From Eledone cirrhosa (lineage: Eukaryota): a DNA stretch of 64,000 bases. The notes beneath the pieces are model-generated. The model searched no databases, was not told the origin of the DNA, and saw only the letters and a program-made list of their open reading frames with translations. Position 1 is the first letter of the stretch, and each line of letters opens with the position of its first letter. Both the position numbers and the translations under genes were made by a program. The DNA is taken from the NCBI GenBank assembly GCA_964016885.1, contig OZ024741.1, forward strand, positions 332,196,001 through 332,260,000. Direction: 5' to 3'. Positions 28,536 through 44,720 of the stretch are shown piece after piece.

Positions 28536-28830
28536 CTGCCAGTAATAAATTGTTGGCCTTGTGCCTAACTTACAAACTATTATATATTCAACTATTAATA
28601 TTTGCATACATCACTTATATACCTATATGTCATCATAACTCATCATCAATAGAAGAATTATTGCATTTCTAATAATAATTGTTCCCATCCAACCAATATA
28701 TTGATTAAACATAAATATTAACGTTTAGCATTATTATACATGAGAAATATTTCTGTTACCAATATTCATTAATATATACATATGTATATATATATATATA
28801 TATATATACACACAATCATATGTCTATATA

Positions 28831-28916
<86 letters not shown>

Positions 28917-29646
28917 ATGTATAGAGAGAGAGAGAGAAATATACACGGGTGTGTATGATTGTGTATAGAAGATTATATTAATAAAAGGAATTCCAACTTT
29001 GTCTGCTTTACTCGTTTTATTTACAATCCTTTAAAATTTATAATGGTATTAGAATGAAATAGTATAGTAGAATATTAAATGTTAAGTGTTAATTGAACAA
29101 GTACTTTCATGCTTTCGCAATCTTCAGGTTCATATTCTGTGGTGACAGTCAAGTTTGCAATTTTCAAATGTATATATATGTATATTTATATATATATATA
29201 TATATACTAATGCACATACATACATACCTGTACATATATATACAGGCATGTACCTATATACGCACACATATACATATATACATATATATATGTGTGTGTG
29301 TATGTGTGTATATATATATATAAATCAGGATTTCTTTTGAATAAAACAGTTCTAGTCGTGTAGAAGATATTTCTATATTAAACATGATGTTTACACTCTA
29401 CTAATGTATCGAGTACCTTACTAACTGTGGTTACCCTCGGTTGAACCCGAGACTTATATATATATATTCATTTTATTAAGGCATAGTGAGTTTTGTTACT
29501 CTGCAGTTTCGTTTGCTTCTCACAGGGTCATCATTTGATGACAACAAAACTCACTATTTAGCCTTAATAAAATGAATATTTAAGCTACTTCGTTATTGAG
29601 TATTCTTTTCTCTCGGCCAACAACTATATATGGATATATATATAGT

Positions 29647-29689
<43 letters not shown>

Positions 29690-29911
29690 TCTTTAGAAGG
29701 GAAATTATCTTAAACTGCCTGTTGTTGAATTTCCTTACAGTTTGTCAAGAAAATTCATTCACAAGGTTTTGGTCAGATCATCATGACTACAGTAGACAAC
29801 ACTCCAGGTGCTATACAGTGGAACTGAACCCAGAACCATGTAGTCCCAACTCAAACTTCTTAGTCACACATTATGTGTGTTACTATGACAATTAATTTAA
29901 TAAAAGAACTA

Positions 29912-30603
29912 CTGTATATACTTGAATATAAGCCAAGGAATATGTGATCAAAAATTTAATTATAAAATTGGGGGAGGGGTGGTGGCTTATATTCGGGGTT
30001 TAATATTTTGACGATTTTCACCAACTTCAAATTCTACGTAAATAAGGCGCTAAAATATCTGGAGTGATTTTTTCACAATGAAACATTGTTTTTCTACATT
30101 TACTATATTGTCATGAGTGTTAGTTATGTTTTGCCTTGACAACATTCTAACAGTTTTACTTTTAAAATTTTTTAATACAGAAATATCCCCTCACATAATG
30201 CATACATGCACACATACATGTACGTAAACACATGTGTGCCGACTGGTTTTCTCTATGACTTATGTAATTATACTTTTGCTTTCAATCTTGTTTTGTTTTA
30301 TTTCACTTGTAATCTTTCTCTTACTCCCCTTTCTCTCTCCTTTGCTATGTCACCCCCCCCCCCCTTCTTCTCTGAATCCTTATAGAGTGTTCTTTTAGTT
30401 GATCTCTTTCAGGTATTCTCTATTCATTTTGATCTCCCTCTACTGATTTTAATGATTTCCATAGCAGTTTAAGAAAATTTCAAAACAGTACCATAATGTG
30501 TTGATTAGCTGCCTTGGCTTATAAACAGGGTTTGGATTTTTGTCCATTTCTTAGACATAAAATAGGGGGGGGGGGGGGGTTACTTATATTCAAGTATATA
30601 CTG
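29912..30603. mobile_element. Tc1/mariner superfamily (Tc2/pogo-like) non-autonomous element
   Basis: TA-ctgtatatacttgaatataag ... cttatattcaagtatatactg-TA terminal inverted repeats. Confidence 0.8.
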
Positions 30604-32144
30604 TATATTAATCCTCTAGATATCAAATCACCTGTAACTACCTTGATTCTATCATCTATGGCATGAAAACATTTATGTTAAAGTATTCATACTTATCTAA
30701 AAACTTTCCATCATAACCTTTAACCCGTTTGTATTTACATTACTATTATATTTTCATTGTAAAGGCTTTATCTCACATAATTATCCTACATAATATGGAA
30801 TCTATAAGATTTTGATGATGATATTATTTATTTGGAGAACAATACCTTAATGTCAGTATGACTGGCTAGTTACGGCCAGTTTAAATGCTGAAGGGTTATG
30901 TTATGCTCCAAATACCTGCTTAAATCTTAAATTTCTGTAATGATTTAGATGAAAATATCTTTACTAGTGAACAGATTGCGAAAATTATTAATGTGATGTA
31001 ATCATAGTGCTTTTTTGTTTTTATACTTTTCATAAATGCGGTTGAATATGGTACAGGATGTTAAGACAATAACTAGAAAGTTATATTACTCATTCCCTCC
31101 AAATACATGATAATTTAACTCTTAAAGTCCTTTACTGCATGAAACAGTACTAGCAAGATATTTCTGAAAAGTACAAAGCAAATCTATGACAGCATCACAT
31201 TAAAAATTAAATTCATTAATTTACTGTAAATTTTCACAACAATCTGTCCATTAATAAAGACTATAAACATTTAAATTAACAAACCAGTTTTTAGAATTTT
31301 TCTGCTAAATCATTACTGGATGTTAAAGAGTTAAAAAATTAATTGAAAATTATAGGCACAGTGTCAAAGCTCTTTCACCACACGTTCTGTTACCTCCTCA
31401 AAGATTATTTGTTCTTCAAGATGGTGTATATGGATTAAAAACCAAAAAGAAGTGGCAAAAGAGTAGAAGAGTAGAGTCACTGAGGAGGTCACATAGGCAG
31501 TGCATTTTATTAGAATATGATAATTGGTTAGGTGGGTAATACACAAAGTTGTTAGAATATCGGAGAAAATGATTTCTGAGATTTTGCCAGAGTTAACTTT
31601 GTCGCTCATCCTTACAAGACCGATAAAAATAAGTACCTACCCAGTACTGAGGGTAGTTCTTTCTCTCATTCTCTCTCTCTCTCTCTATTTTAGGAAACCA
31701 TTGACTGTGGAGGGGGATGGGTTCCACAAAGTTTTAAATGTCCAAGAATCCTGTAAGTTACTTCAGTGACCCTATGGCTCCACCAGGAGTTATAGACCCA
31801 TACATATTTAAAATGAATGGGTTAAAACTGGAAAGGTGAATATTCATGTGGTGGGAGCTATTTCCTTACATATGAATGTGAGTATTCTAGTTTTGATTAC
31901 ACAAATAGTAGGAATATTGAATATTAAAAACTAATTACTGTGTGTATGATATTGATATAAATGTTGTAGTAATATTGAAATGATTGATTTAAAAGTCAAT
32001 AAAAATAACATTATATTGTTACCAAGACATATGATGTATGTTAATTTACTCTGGAAATACCAGCAACTGAACTAATGTGTGTGTGAATATATATGTGTGT
32101 GAGTGTGTATATATATATATATATGATGTATGTATATATATATA

Positions 32145-32175
<31 letters not shown>

Positions 32176-32317
32176 ATATGTATATATATATATGTATATG
32201 AGTGTGTGTGCATATATATGTGTTTGTGTATATATATGTGTGTATATATATATATGTGTGTGTGTATATATATATATATATGTCCCAGCCTTCATAGTTC
32301 GGTGAATGGACATTAAA

Positions 32318-35247
<2,930 letters not shown>

Positions 35248-35319
35248 TGCTCTAACCACTAAGCCATATGTATATGTATATATATATATATATATGCATG
35301 AACTCATAATCCTTTATTT

Positions 35320-35375
35320 ACTGCTATATATATTTCGATGATAGCCATTGAATGGCTATGACCTCACCAGGCAGT
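35320..35375 (-). ncRNA. Type I hammerhead-like motif, A6>G core variant
   Basis: Minus strand: ACTGC-CTGGTGA-GGTc ATAGCCAT tca ATGGCTAT cATC-GAAA-tatata-TA-GCAGT. Confidence 0.7.
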
Positions 35376-36600
35376 TAGTCAGTTCTTAGATATGCCAGCT
35401 CTGTGTGTATAATGTTGATGGTATCAGAGCCTTGGGACATAAGAGCTTGTTAGGAATATTTTGATGTTGTCAGCAGGAATAGTCTTGATTCTCATTGGTC
35501 AGTTTGTAGATGGTAGTAGGTTGGTATTTAACCTCAGAGAGGCAGGTGGTTCTGTAAGGTTTAAACCATCAGGCAAGATGACAATAGTTCCACATGACTG
35601 ATTTTCACAAAAGGCATTCTTGGTCAGATATATTTTCAATAATAGTATGAAATAGATACTACAGGTCATTCTTAAATTGAGGAATTTATGTGGAGTGGTG
35701 CTACTGAAATTATGGTTGGAGTAGAAAGTTTACAAATAAAAGGCTTATGTAGGTTGGCTTGCACTACACTCACACACACCTCCACAGACACACACACACT
35801 GCCACACATACAAAGAGTGGGGTGGTAATACTTAATATAATGGTTAGAGTCCAATACTTAGATAGTTTAGAAAATTTAAAAATAAAGGGTTTATGCTGGT
35901 TCACTTGTACATACACTCACACCTACCCCCTCAAACACTCACACATCTACACACACAAATCCATACAGGTGTGTATATATACATATGCATGCATGTATGT
36001 ACGCACAAGTATACACATATATATATATACGTGTAAATACAAAATATATATACAGAACATACACATATATAAAATATATTCATACAAAAATATAAAAAAA
36101 ATATATATATACATAGAATACACACAAAATATATACACACGTAAAACATACATATATATATATATAAAAAAAAAAAAATACACACACACACACACACATA
36201 AAATATATACATACAGATACGCACACACACATAAAAAAAATACGCATACATACACATATAAAATACACATATATATACACATGATACATATATACATATA
36301 TATATATAAAATCAGGTTCAATAAAACGTGGTTTATATGACTCCTAACCAGTAGAGGATCCGGTGGACCATCCACCATAGGGACCGCATGGGTGGTTGTT
36401 GTTGTCCATTGGTCATTGGTACGGGGTGTAGGGGACCTAGTGGGGGGGGGGGGTGCTTGTGGGAGGCCGTAACCCGAGTTTATCCATATAGCTTGGGGAA
36501 AGTTCCCGTCCTTAGGTGTCTGCAGGCAACGACCCTTCTGTTTAATAGCTTGGTTCCGCCATATATATAGTATGTATGTATGTATATATATATATATATA

Positions 36601-36960
36601 TCAAAGGCGATGACACACGACCGTGACCTCTGGCGTCACGCAGTAATACAGAGTACCCGACCTCCCATGGCTACAAGCTGAAGCATATAGACAATAAGCC
36701 CCCTCACCCTCCCACTGCAAGGTGGTCGTGGAGGTGCCACGGCAAAAAAGCACCCAGCCCACACTGTAAAGTGGACGTGTAGGCGCCACGGAAAAAAGCA
36801 CCCAGCACTCACTGTAAATGAGGTTGGTGTTAGGAAGAGCATCCAGCTGTAGAAATCAAGCCAAATCAGTTCCTGTATGAGCAACAGGACAACCCGTCTA
36901 ACCCATGCTAGCGTGGAAGAACGGACGTAAAACGGTGATGATGATGATGATGATGATGAT
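36601..36960 (+). mobile_element. RTE 3' end and UTR ending in (GAT)n
   Basis: Inverted homologue of 44130-44510; encodes MTHDRDLWRHAVIQ. Confidence 0.8.
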
Positions 36961-36975
36961 ATATATATATATACA

Positions 36976-37137
36976 TATGGCTTAGTGGTTAGAGCATTGG
37001 TCTTGCAATCGAAAGGTTGAGAGTTCAATTCTCAGGCCAGGTGATGTGTTGTTTCCTTGAGCAGGATACTTTATTTCACATTGCTCCAGTTTACTCAGCT
37101 GTAGAAATGAGGCCAATACTCTAACCACTAAGCCATA
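36976..37137 (+). mobile_element. tRNA-SINE head closed by an inverted copy of its own 5' end
   Basis: tatggcttagtggttagagcattggtct ... aggccaatactctaaccactaagccata. Confidence 0.75.
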
Positions 37138-37773
37138 TATATATATATATATATCTAACAAAATACACCCCCGTCCCACCACCCACACCCCATCCACACC
37201 ACCCCCTCCTATGTAAAGTTATGTTGGTGCCACAACATCCAGGCCGAAACAAATGAGATCGTGTAGGTGTCACGACAAAAAAACACACAGTCCACGCTGT
37301 AATGTGGCCATGTAGGCAACACGGTAAAAACCTCCCAGTCCCACACTGTAAATGTGGTTGGTGTTAGGAAGGGCATCCAACTGTAGAAAACCTGCCAGAC
37401 AGTCCTATGCGAGCAAGACAATCACTCTTGCCTCAAGTGGGAATACCCCCGTCCAAACCCATGCAAGCGTGGAACACGGACGTTAAACGTTGATGATGAT
37501 GATGATATATATATATATATGTATATATATTGAGTGAGTGAGTGTGAAAGACCAAAGATCATAATTCAAAGTCTCTGGATTTTGCAAAATACATAATATT
37601 TTTTATTGGAGAAGGTAAGATATTTTTCCACAAAAATTTGATTGCACTGTTTTGTTTCCACTTATGTATTTTTTGAAAATGTTATTTATTCATTATAAAA
37701 ATTAAATGATAGCATTCTATATATAGGTGGGCCACCTTCATCTGGAACCAATATTTTTAGACCTAGTCTGCCA

Positions 37774-37804
<31 letters not shown>

Positions 37805-37846
37805 ATGATATTAAATAAATGGAAACTAGATTTATAAAACCATATT

Positions 37847-37911
37847 TATTTTATTATATATATTTCAAGGGCAACCAAGACAACATTGGTGCTCTTTCAT
37901 CAGATAAAATA
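37847..37911 (-). ncRNA. Type I hammerhead-like motif with intact core, inside a palindrome
   Basis: Minus strand: TATTTTAT-CTGATGA-aagagcaccaa tgttgtc ttggttgccctt-GAAA-tatata-TA-ATAAAATA; stem I is 8 bp. Confidence 0.75.
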
Positions 37912-38134
37912 CAAAGTTTGTTTTATAAATAGAGACATACCCATGGGTATGTCTCCATTTATAAAACAAACTTTGTATTTGAAATATATATAATAAAATA
38001 AATATGGTTTTATAAATATAGTTTCCATTTATTTAATATCATTGAATATTTACTCCAGTAAGATGTTGAGTGCTCTAAATCAGTTATAATTATTTATATT
38101 TGTCGAACTTCCAACAAATTAAATACCACTTCTA

Positions 38135-38172
<38 letters not shown>

Positions 38173-38176
<4 letters not shown>

Positions 38177-39102
38177 GCCAATCATTGTAAGTTTGAATCT
38201 AACTGACAAGCAAACACATATATATAGGAATAAGGTAAGCCCAAATCATAGTAGATTCAAATATCACAGAGAGAAAGAGAGAGAGAAAGAGAGAGGCAGT
38301 GGGAGGGGGCGAAATGAGGTGTAACAGAAATGAAACATGGATTACAGGTTAAAATATAGTCTAGATAGATGAGAAACAAAACCAGGATGTAGTTTATGGA
38401 ACCCCCCAAATGATTTAGAAGTTGACCTTAAGTAGGAGCAATATCATTAAGAAAGACATGAATGAAAGCACAACACTTTGTTTTGAAAATTTTGAAAGTA
38501 GGTTTATAAGTTAAGTATGAATTTTCATAATATTTTCGTTGTTGTCTCTGTGGCCTAGCAGTAGGTACTAGAGACGGTAGAGGTTCAATCCTGGTCAAGA
38601 GGTACATGTAACCTTTTTCGGTTTTTATTTTACAACCAATAGAAAAAAAACTGAAAAGGTTTACTAGGAACCCTACTCCTGACCAGGATCGAACTACAGA
38701 CCAAGATGACCACCATCTATGATTCCTCCAACTAGGCCACAGAGACAGCTACAAAAGTTTAATGAAAATTAAATACTATAAACCTATTTTTAAAATCAAA
38801 GTTAAAAAGATGTCCTTCATGGCTTTCCTAGAGCTATCATTAATATTTAGGGTCGACTCTGGTCATTATTGAAACTCTCTGAATTTTGCAAAATACATAA
38901 TATTTTTTATTGGAGAAGGTAAGTTATTTTTCCGCAAAAAATTGAATGCACTTATGTATTTTTCGAATATTGCACTGTTTCCACTTTGTATTTTTCGAAA
39001 ATGTTATTTATTCATTATAAAAATTAAATGATAGCATTCTATATGTAGGTGGCCCCCCTTCATCTCCTGGCAACCAATATTTTTAGACGCAGCCCGCCAC
39101 TG
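38173..39102 (-). mobile_element. Second copy of the 6258-7133 repeat
   Basis: Collinear reverse-complement homology ending in gcccgccactg. Confidence 0.8.
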
Positions 39103-39259
39103 CCCACATATATATACACACACACAAATATACATATGGACCTTCCAATTTCATTTGAGATTATATGTGTCTGTGTATATTTTAATTATTTAAAAATTAT
39201 TTTTAAGTGAACATGATTATATATATATATGTGTGTGTGTGTGTGTACGTGTGTGTGTT

Positions 39260-39295
<36 letters not shown>

Positions 39296-40149
39296 CTGTA
39301 TATATGTAGAAATAAACACAGTAAATTGTGTGTGTAAAATTACGAGGGTAGAAATACCACATTGGTTTGAAAGATTTAACCTGAAGCATACGTAAGATGT
39401 ATAATAAATATATACAGACCATATCAATAACTATTTCATCTCTCGGACAGATTAGAGATTTAATCTGTTTCGCCCTTTGTATTTTATTTGTATATATATA
39501 TATATATAAACACACACAGGCATACACAGATATATAAACACACACACATATAAATGGTGTCAGTCTACCTGTCACGACGAGGAGTGTTCCAGTTGATACT
39601 ATCAATGGAACAGCCTACTGGTGAAATTAACGTGCAAGTGGCTGAGCATTCCACAGACGCGCATAGTCTTTACGTAGTTCTCATGGAAATTCAGTGTGAC
39701 AGTGTATGACAAGACTGGTCCTTTGAATTACAGGTACAACTCGTTTTTGCCAGCTGAGTGGACTGGAGCAAACTGAAATAAAATATCTTGCTCAAGGATA
39801 CAACGAGTCGCCAGGAATCCAACTCACTCCCTTACGATTTTGAGCCGAATACCCTAACCACGCACATTCACACACATAAATACATATGTAAACACAGTCA
39901 CACACACACACACATATATATATACAAACACAAACATTTCACTTATATATGTATATATAGACAAACACACACACACACACATACGCATACACATATAAAC
40001 ACACACACACACACAAACATATAAAAACACATATATATAAATAAACACACACACACACACAAATATATATAATCACACACATATATATAAACACACATAC
40101 ATATACACAACCACTTTACTGTGGAATCCAATATTAAAACATTTTACTT

Positions 40150-40680
40150 CCCTCTCACAATTACTTTGTCACTCTTTCAAAATATTACCCCTCTCTCACT
40201 AAAACATTATACCTTTCTCACCCTCTCTATATCCCCCTACATGCCTCACTCTCTCTCACTAAACCACAAATCTCTCTCCCTCTCTCTATATCCCACTACA
40301 TTCCTATCTTTCTCTCACTTTCACAATTCCCCCTCTCTCATTAAACCACAAAAATTCTTCCCCTCTTTATATACCACTACATAACTCACTCTCTATCATT
40401 CTCACAATTCTCCCTCGCTCACTAAACCACCAAACTCTCTGCCACCCTTTATATCCCACTACATACTTCACTCTCTCACAATTCACCCCCTCGCACTAGA
40501 TCACCAAATTCTCTCCCACTCTTTATATCCCACTACATATCTAACTCTCTCTCACGATTCCCCCTCTCTCACTAGACCAGCAAATTCTCTCCTCCTCTCT
40601 ATATTCTATTATATTCCTCACTTACTTTCCCTCTCTTAATTTCCCCTCTCTCACTAAACCACCGAATTCTCTCCTCTCTA
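40150..40680. repeat. ~60-70 bp pyrimidine-rich minisatellite
   Basis: Repeated ctctctcactaaaccac..aaattctctcc..tttatatcccactacat. Confidence 0.75.
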
Positions 40681-40715
40681 TATTTAGAACGTTTTCTAAA
40701 AATGACAACCATATC

Positions 40716-40940
40716 TTGTTATATTTGGGGAGGGTCATGTTTTTATAATATTGCCAGAAAAATATGGTTTGGTTTTTGCTTCAGTATAGTTTTATATTTC
40801 TATATATAATTCAGCTGGCAATTAATGTTTATCATTGATTGACCAACAGTTAAAAACCATAAATATAGTTTCTCAGATTTCTTTCATCACACACATCTGT
40901 GACATCATCAGTGATGTTTCTATATTCCCTCCATTGTATT
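40716..40940 (-). mobile_element. Solo Penelope pseudo-LTR with HHR-like motif
   Basis: Reverse complement aligns to 9278-9535; tca-CTGATGA-tGTCACA gatgtg TGTGAT-GAAA-gaaa-TC-tga. Confidence 0.8.
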
Positions 40941-41584
40941 CCTGTAATATTTGTCATAATTTGCAAAATGCAATACTATTTAAATATATGGGTGGAGCAT
41001 GGCTGAATCATTATGAAGTTAATTCTATAATCTTAAGCCAATCATGTTTATTAAATCTCAGGTCAAGCCAAACTTTGAGAGTGAAATTTGATAGTTGGAA
41101 ACTGTTTGGAAGCCTATCAAATGGACTGCGCTTGTAATTGAAAGGGTCAACCTTGTCACATGTTCTGTCACATTGAATCTCTCCCTGAGAATTGTATTAA
41201 GTGTACACATCTCTGTGAAATACTCAACTAAACTACTTATACATTAATTTTATAGGCAAGGTGCTGCCTTAACCCATTAGCATTTAAACTGGCTGCACCT
41301 GGCCATAATTATCTAATTGCTTTCTGTTCAAACTGGCCATAACTAGCCCCTCATACTGATATTAAGGTATTGTTTTCAAAATAAATAACATCAAAATCTT
41401 GTAGATTCAACATTATGTGAAGTAATTATGTGAAATAAAGCCTTTACTCAAAAATACAATAATAAATATAGAGTAATGTGAATGCTAAAGGGTTAATCAA
41501 ACAACTGGAACACTCATCATCAAACTTTTTATTTATGTATATGAGAACAGAACCATAACCAAAGAAATGTATTTCATTATGACA

Positions 41585-42125
41585 GAGGACAGTCTGAGTT
41601 CAAATCCAGCTAAGTTTAGCTTTGCCTTTCAACCTTACAAGGTCAACAAAATAAAGTACCAGTAATGTACTGGGGTTGATGCAAATCGACTTTCCCCTCA
41701 CAAATTCATTGGCCTTGTTCCTAAATCAGAAAACACTATTATTATTATGGTTATTATTATTATTATAGTTACACCCCTTTACGATCTGAGTTCAAATCCC
41801 GCCGAGGTTAACTTTGCCTTTCATCCTTACGGGGTCGATAAAATAAAGTACCAGTAATGTACTGGGTAATTGCTGGCCTTGTGCCTAACATAGAAACAAT
41901 TATTATGGTAAAGGTGGTATCAGTAGAACTTTGGACAACATGTTTTGCATCATATAGTTGCAGCCCTTTACATTCTGAGTATAGATCCCACCGAGGTTAG
42001 CTTTGCCTTTCATCCTTCTGAGGTCAATAGAATAAAGTACCAGTCAAGAATTAAGGGTTAATTTAATCAAATTCCCTCACCTCATGCCCATAAATTGCTG
42101 ATCTTGTGCATAAATTAAAAGTCAT
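41585..42125 (+). mobile_element. Three tandem SINE copies (ctgagttcaaatcccgccgagg family)
   Basis: Repeated tctgagttcaaatcc...tttgcctttcatcc...aaataaagtaccagt. Confidence 0.8.
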
Positions 42126-42322
42126 TATTTGAGTACATTAACTTGATGGATATTCATGATTTTAGATCATGATTTGATCTACACCCCCCCCCCCCTCTCT
42201 CTATATATATAGACACACACATATATATATATACAACACACACACATATATATATATATATACACATATATATATATATATTGATCCTTCCGGTGACTTT
42301 ATTTCAATATTATAATAATAAT

Positions 42323-42377
<55 letters not shown>

Positions 42378-42877
42378 TATATACACACACCAGTCTCTTG
42401 TAGATTGAAATATCTATAATATGCATCAAGAACTAAGACAAGTTCTATGAACTATTTTTCAAATCTATCTATTGATTAAGTGTCTGGGAGAAGATTTAGA
42501 TTAAATATTCTTCTTGTTTTGGACAATTTAAACTGGCTGCTAATATATATGAGGAGCAGAAGTTATGTCCCTAAGAAGAGATGTTTGCTTCTGATATTTC
42601 TATTGATTTTATAACAGATTTATCTTCATAAAGATACAATTGTCCTCCCCTATGTGGCTATATTTCAGAGTAAGACCTGTTGTCTCTAACATATGTATGT
42701 GTGTATGTGTGTAATGTATGAATGTATGTATCTATGTATGCGCATGTGTATGTAATTATAATGTATGTATGTTATGTGTGTGTGTGTATATGGTATGTAT
42801 GTAATGTACATATGTGTGTGTATATATGTATGTGTGTATGTTTGTATTTATGTATGTACATATGTATGAATGTATAT

Positions 42878-43205
42878 GGGCACTCTTTTTATGGCACCAA
42901 AATAACCACTTTACAGTGTTGATTGGGTGCTTTTTGTCATGTCACCAACACAACCACTTTAATGTATGGACTGGGCACTTTTTATCATGACACCACCACA
43001 ACTACTTTACAGTGTGGACTGGGCCTTTTTGTCGTGACACCAACAAGACCTCTTTTCTGTTTGGACTAGGTGCTTTTTGTCATGTCACCAATATGATCAC
43101 TTTACAGTGTGGACTGGGCACTTTTTTATTGTGACACCAACACACCTACTTCTCTGTGTGGACTGGATGCTTTTTGTCATGTCTCCTAACAACCACTTTA
43201 CTGTG
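42878..43205. repeat. ~39-bp minisatellite derived from the RTE 3'UTR repeat
   Basis: Same unit as the arrays at 18.2 kb and 24.9 kb. Confidence 0.85.
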
Positions 43206-44129
43206 CTGTAAGTAATTTTCCAAAACAACGATATAACCTGTTTTCTATTGATTGTTAACTAGAAAATAAAGCCACCAATCCCTTTCTTTTTAATTTTTCT
43301 TGTCAATTATGAGTGACATTTAATAGTTTTTTCAAAATTGCTTTTTGTTCAATTAGTTTGTTTTAATAAAAATTAGTTTTTTGCCCTTCTCTACAAATTG
43401 TTCTGTGCTGTTTTTACAATCTTTAAGTGCAGATACGACTGTTATTAAAATGTTCACTTTGCAAACATGCAGTTTAGGGTTTGATCCCACTGTGTCTCTC
43501 CTTGAACAGATGTCTTCTACTATAACCATAAGTTTATCAATGCCTTGTAAATGATTGTGGTGAACAGAAAGTGTATAAAAGTTCATCTTACGTGTGTAGG
43601 CTGAAAAATTCATTGGCTGACTATGAAGGAATGATGCCAGAGCTGTGAAATATTTCAACTCTTCTTATTAATAACTGCATTGAACAATCAAACTTTATAC
43701 TCAAAATATTAGAAATTGAATTTTCCAATAAATCCTAAGGGACTAGCATTTCTAGATTTTGTTTAGCTGTAGATTGGCGAAACACGTGTCAGTTATATAA
43801 TAAATGTTAGTCCTTTAACTGTGAAGTTATTATATTCATGTTACTTATTATATTATATATATGTATATATGTGTGTGTGTATGATTGTATATGTATGTAT
43901 GTACATGTTCATATGTATATGTTTATATATATATATATGCTTGTATAATTCCACATGCTACCATTATGTCTTCCTGTTTTCTAAAGCCATTATTTGTTCA
44001 TAATTTTTTTAAATATCTACTTCTCCATCCACGGATTGGTATTTCTCAGTTTCAGATGATCCCGCTTAGGATGAAAGCCGAAATTGTGCTAATAATAAAT
44101 ATTTGCTCTTTGGGTTTATATATACTTAT

Positions 44130-44720
44130 ATCATCATCATCATCACCGTTTTACGTCCATCCTTCCATGCTAGACGGGTTGTCCTGTCGTGGGCAGTGCC
44201 CGGTTGGCTGACCTTGTCTTGCTCATACGGGAACTGATTCTGGCTTGATTTCTACAGCTGGATGCCCTTCCTTACACCAACCTCATTTACAGTGAGTGTT
44301 TGGTGCTTTTTTTTCCATGGCGCCTACACGTCCACTTTACAGTGGGCTGGGTGCTTTTTTGCCGTGGCACCTCCATGACCACTTTGCAGTGGGAGGGAGT
44401 GGGGGCATATTGTCTATATGCTTCAGCTTTGGCTTGACTCCATGGGAAGTCGGTTCTTCTGTATTACTGGGTGACGCCAGAGGTCACGGTCCTGTGTCAT
44501 CACCTTTGAAAGGTGCAATTAGGCAAGGTCGGCTTTTATTACTTCATCCCAGGTCCTCTTGAGTCTCCCCACTCCACGGCTTCCATCGACTTGTAGTGCT
44601 CTGCACCTTTTTATGCAGCTGTCATCCTTCATATGCATCACATGTCCATACCAACACAACCTCCTCTCCTGCACACAGCATTTGATTCCGCTTATGCTTG
44701 GTCTCTCTCTCTCAATTCGT
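44130..44720 (-). mobile_element. RTE LINE 3' end: coding C-terminus, 3'UTR and (GAT)n tail
   Basis: Minus strand encodes VQERRLCWYGHVMHM..GRLKRTWDEVIKADL..MTQDRDLWR. Confidence 0.85.

Noticed and set aside
36978-37045. tRNA gene
   Set aside because: A/B boxes run straight into a SINE body, I could not fold an acceptor stem, and the sequence is multi-copy and diverged
43737-43816. Hairpin aagggactagcattt/aaatgttagtccttt enclosing GAAACacgtGTC as a functional hammerhead
   Set aside because: The CTGATGA box and stem II are degenerate (ctgtaga-ttggc); counted only as a relic
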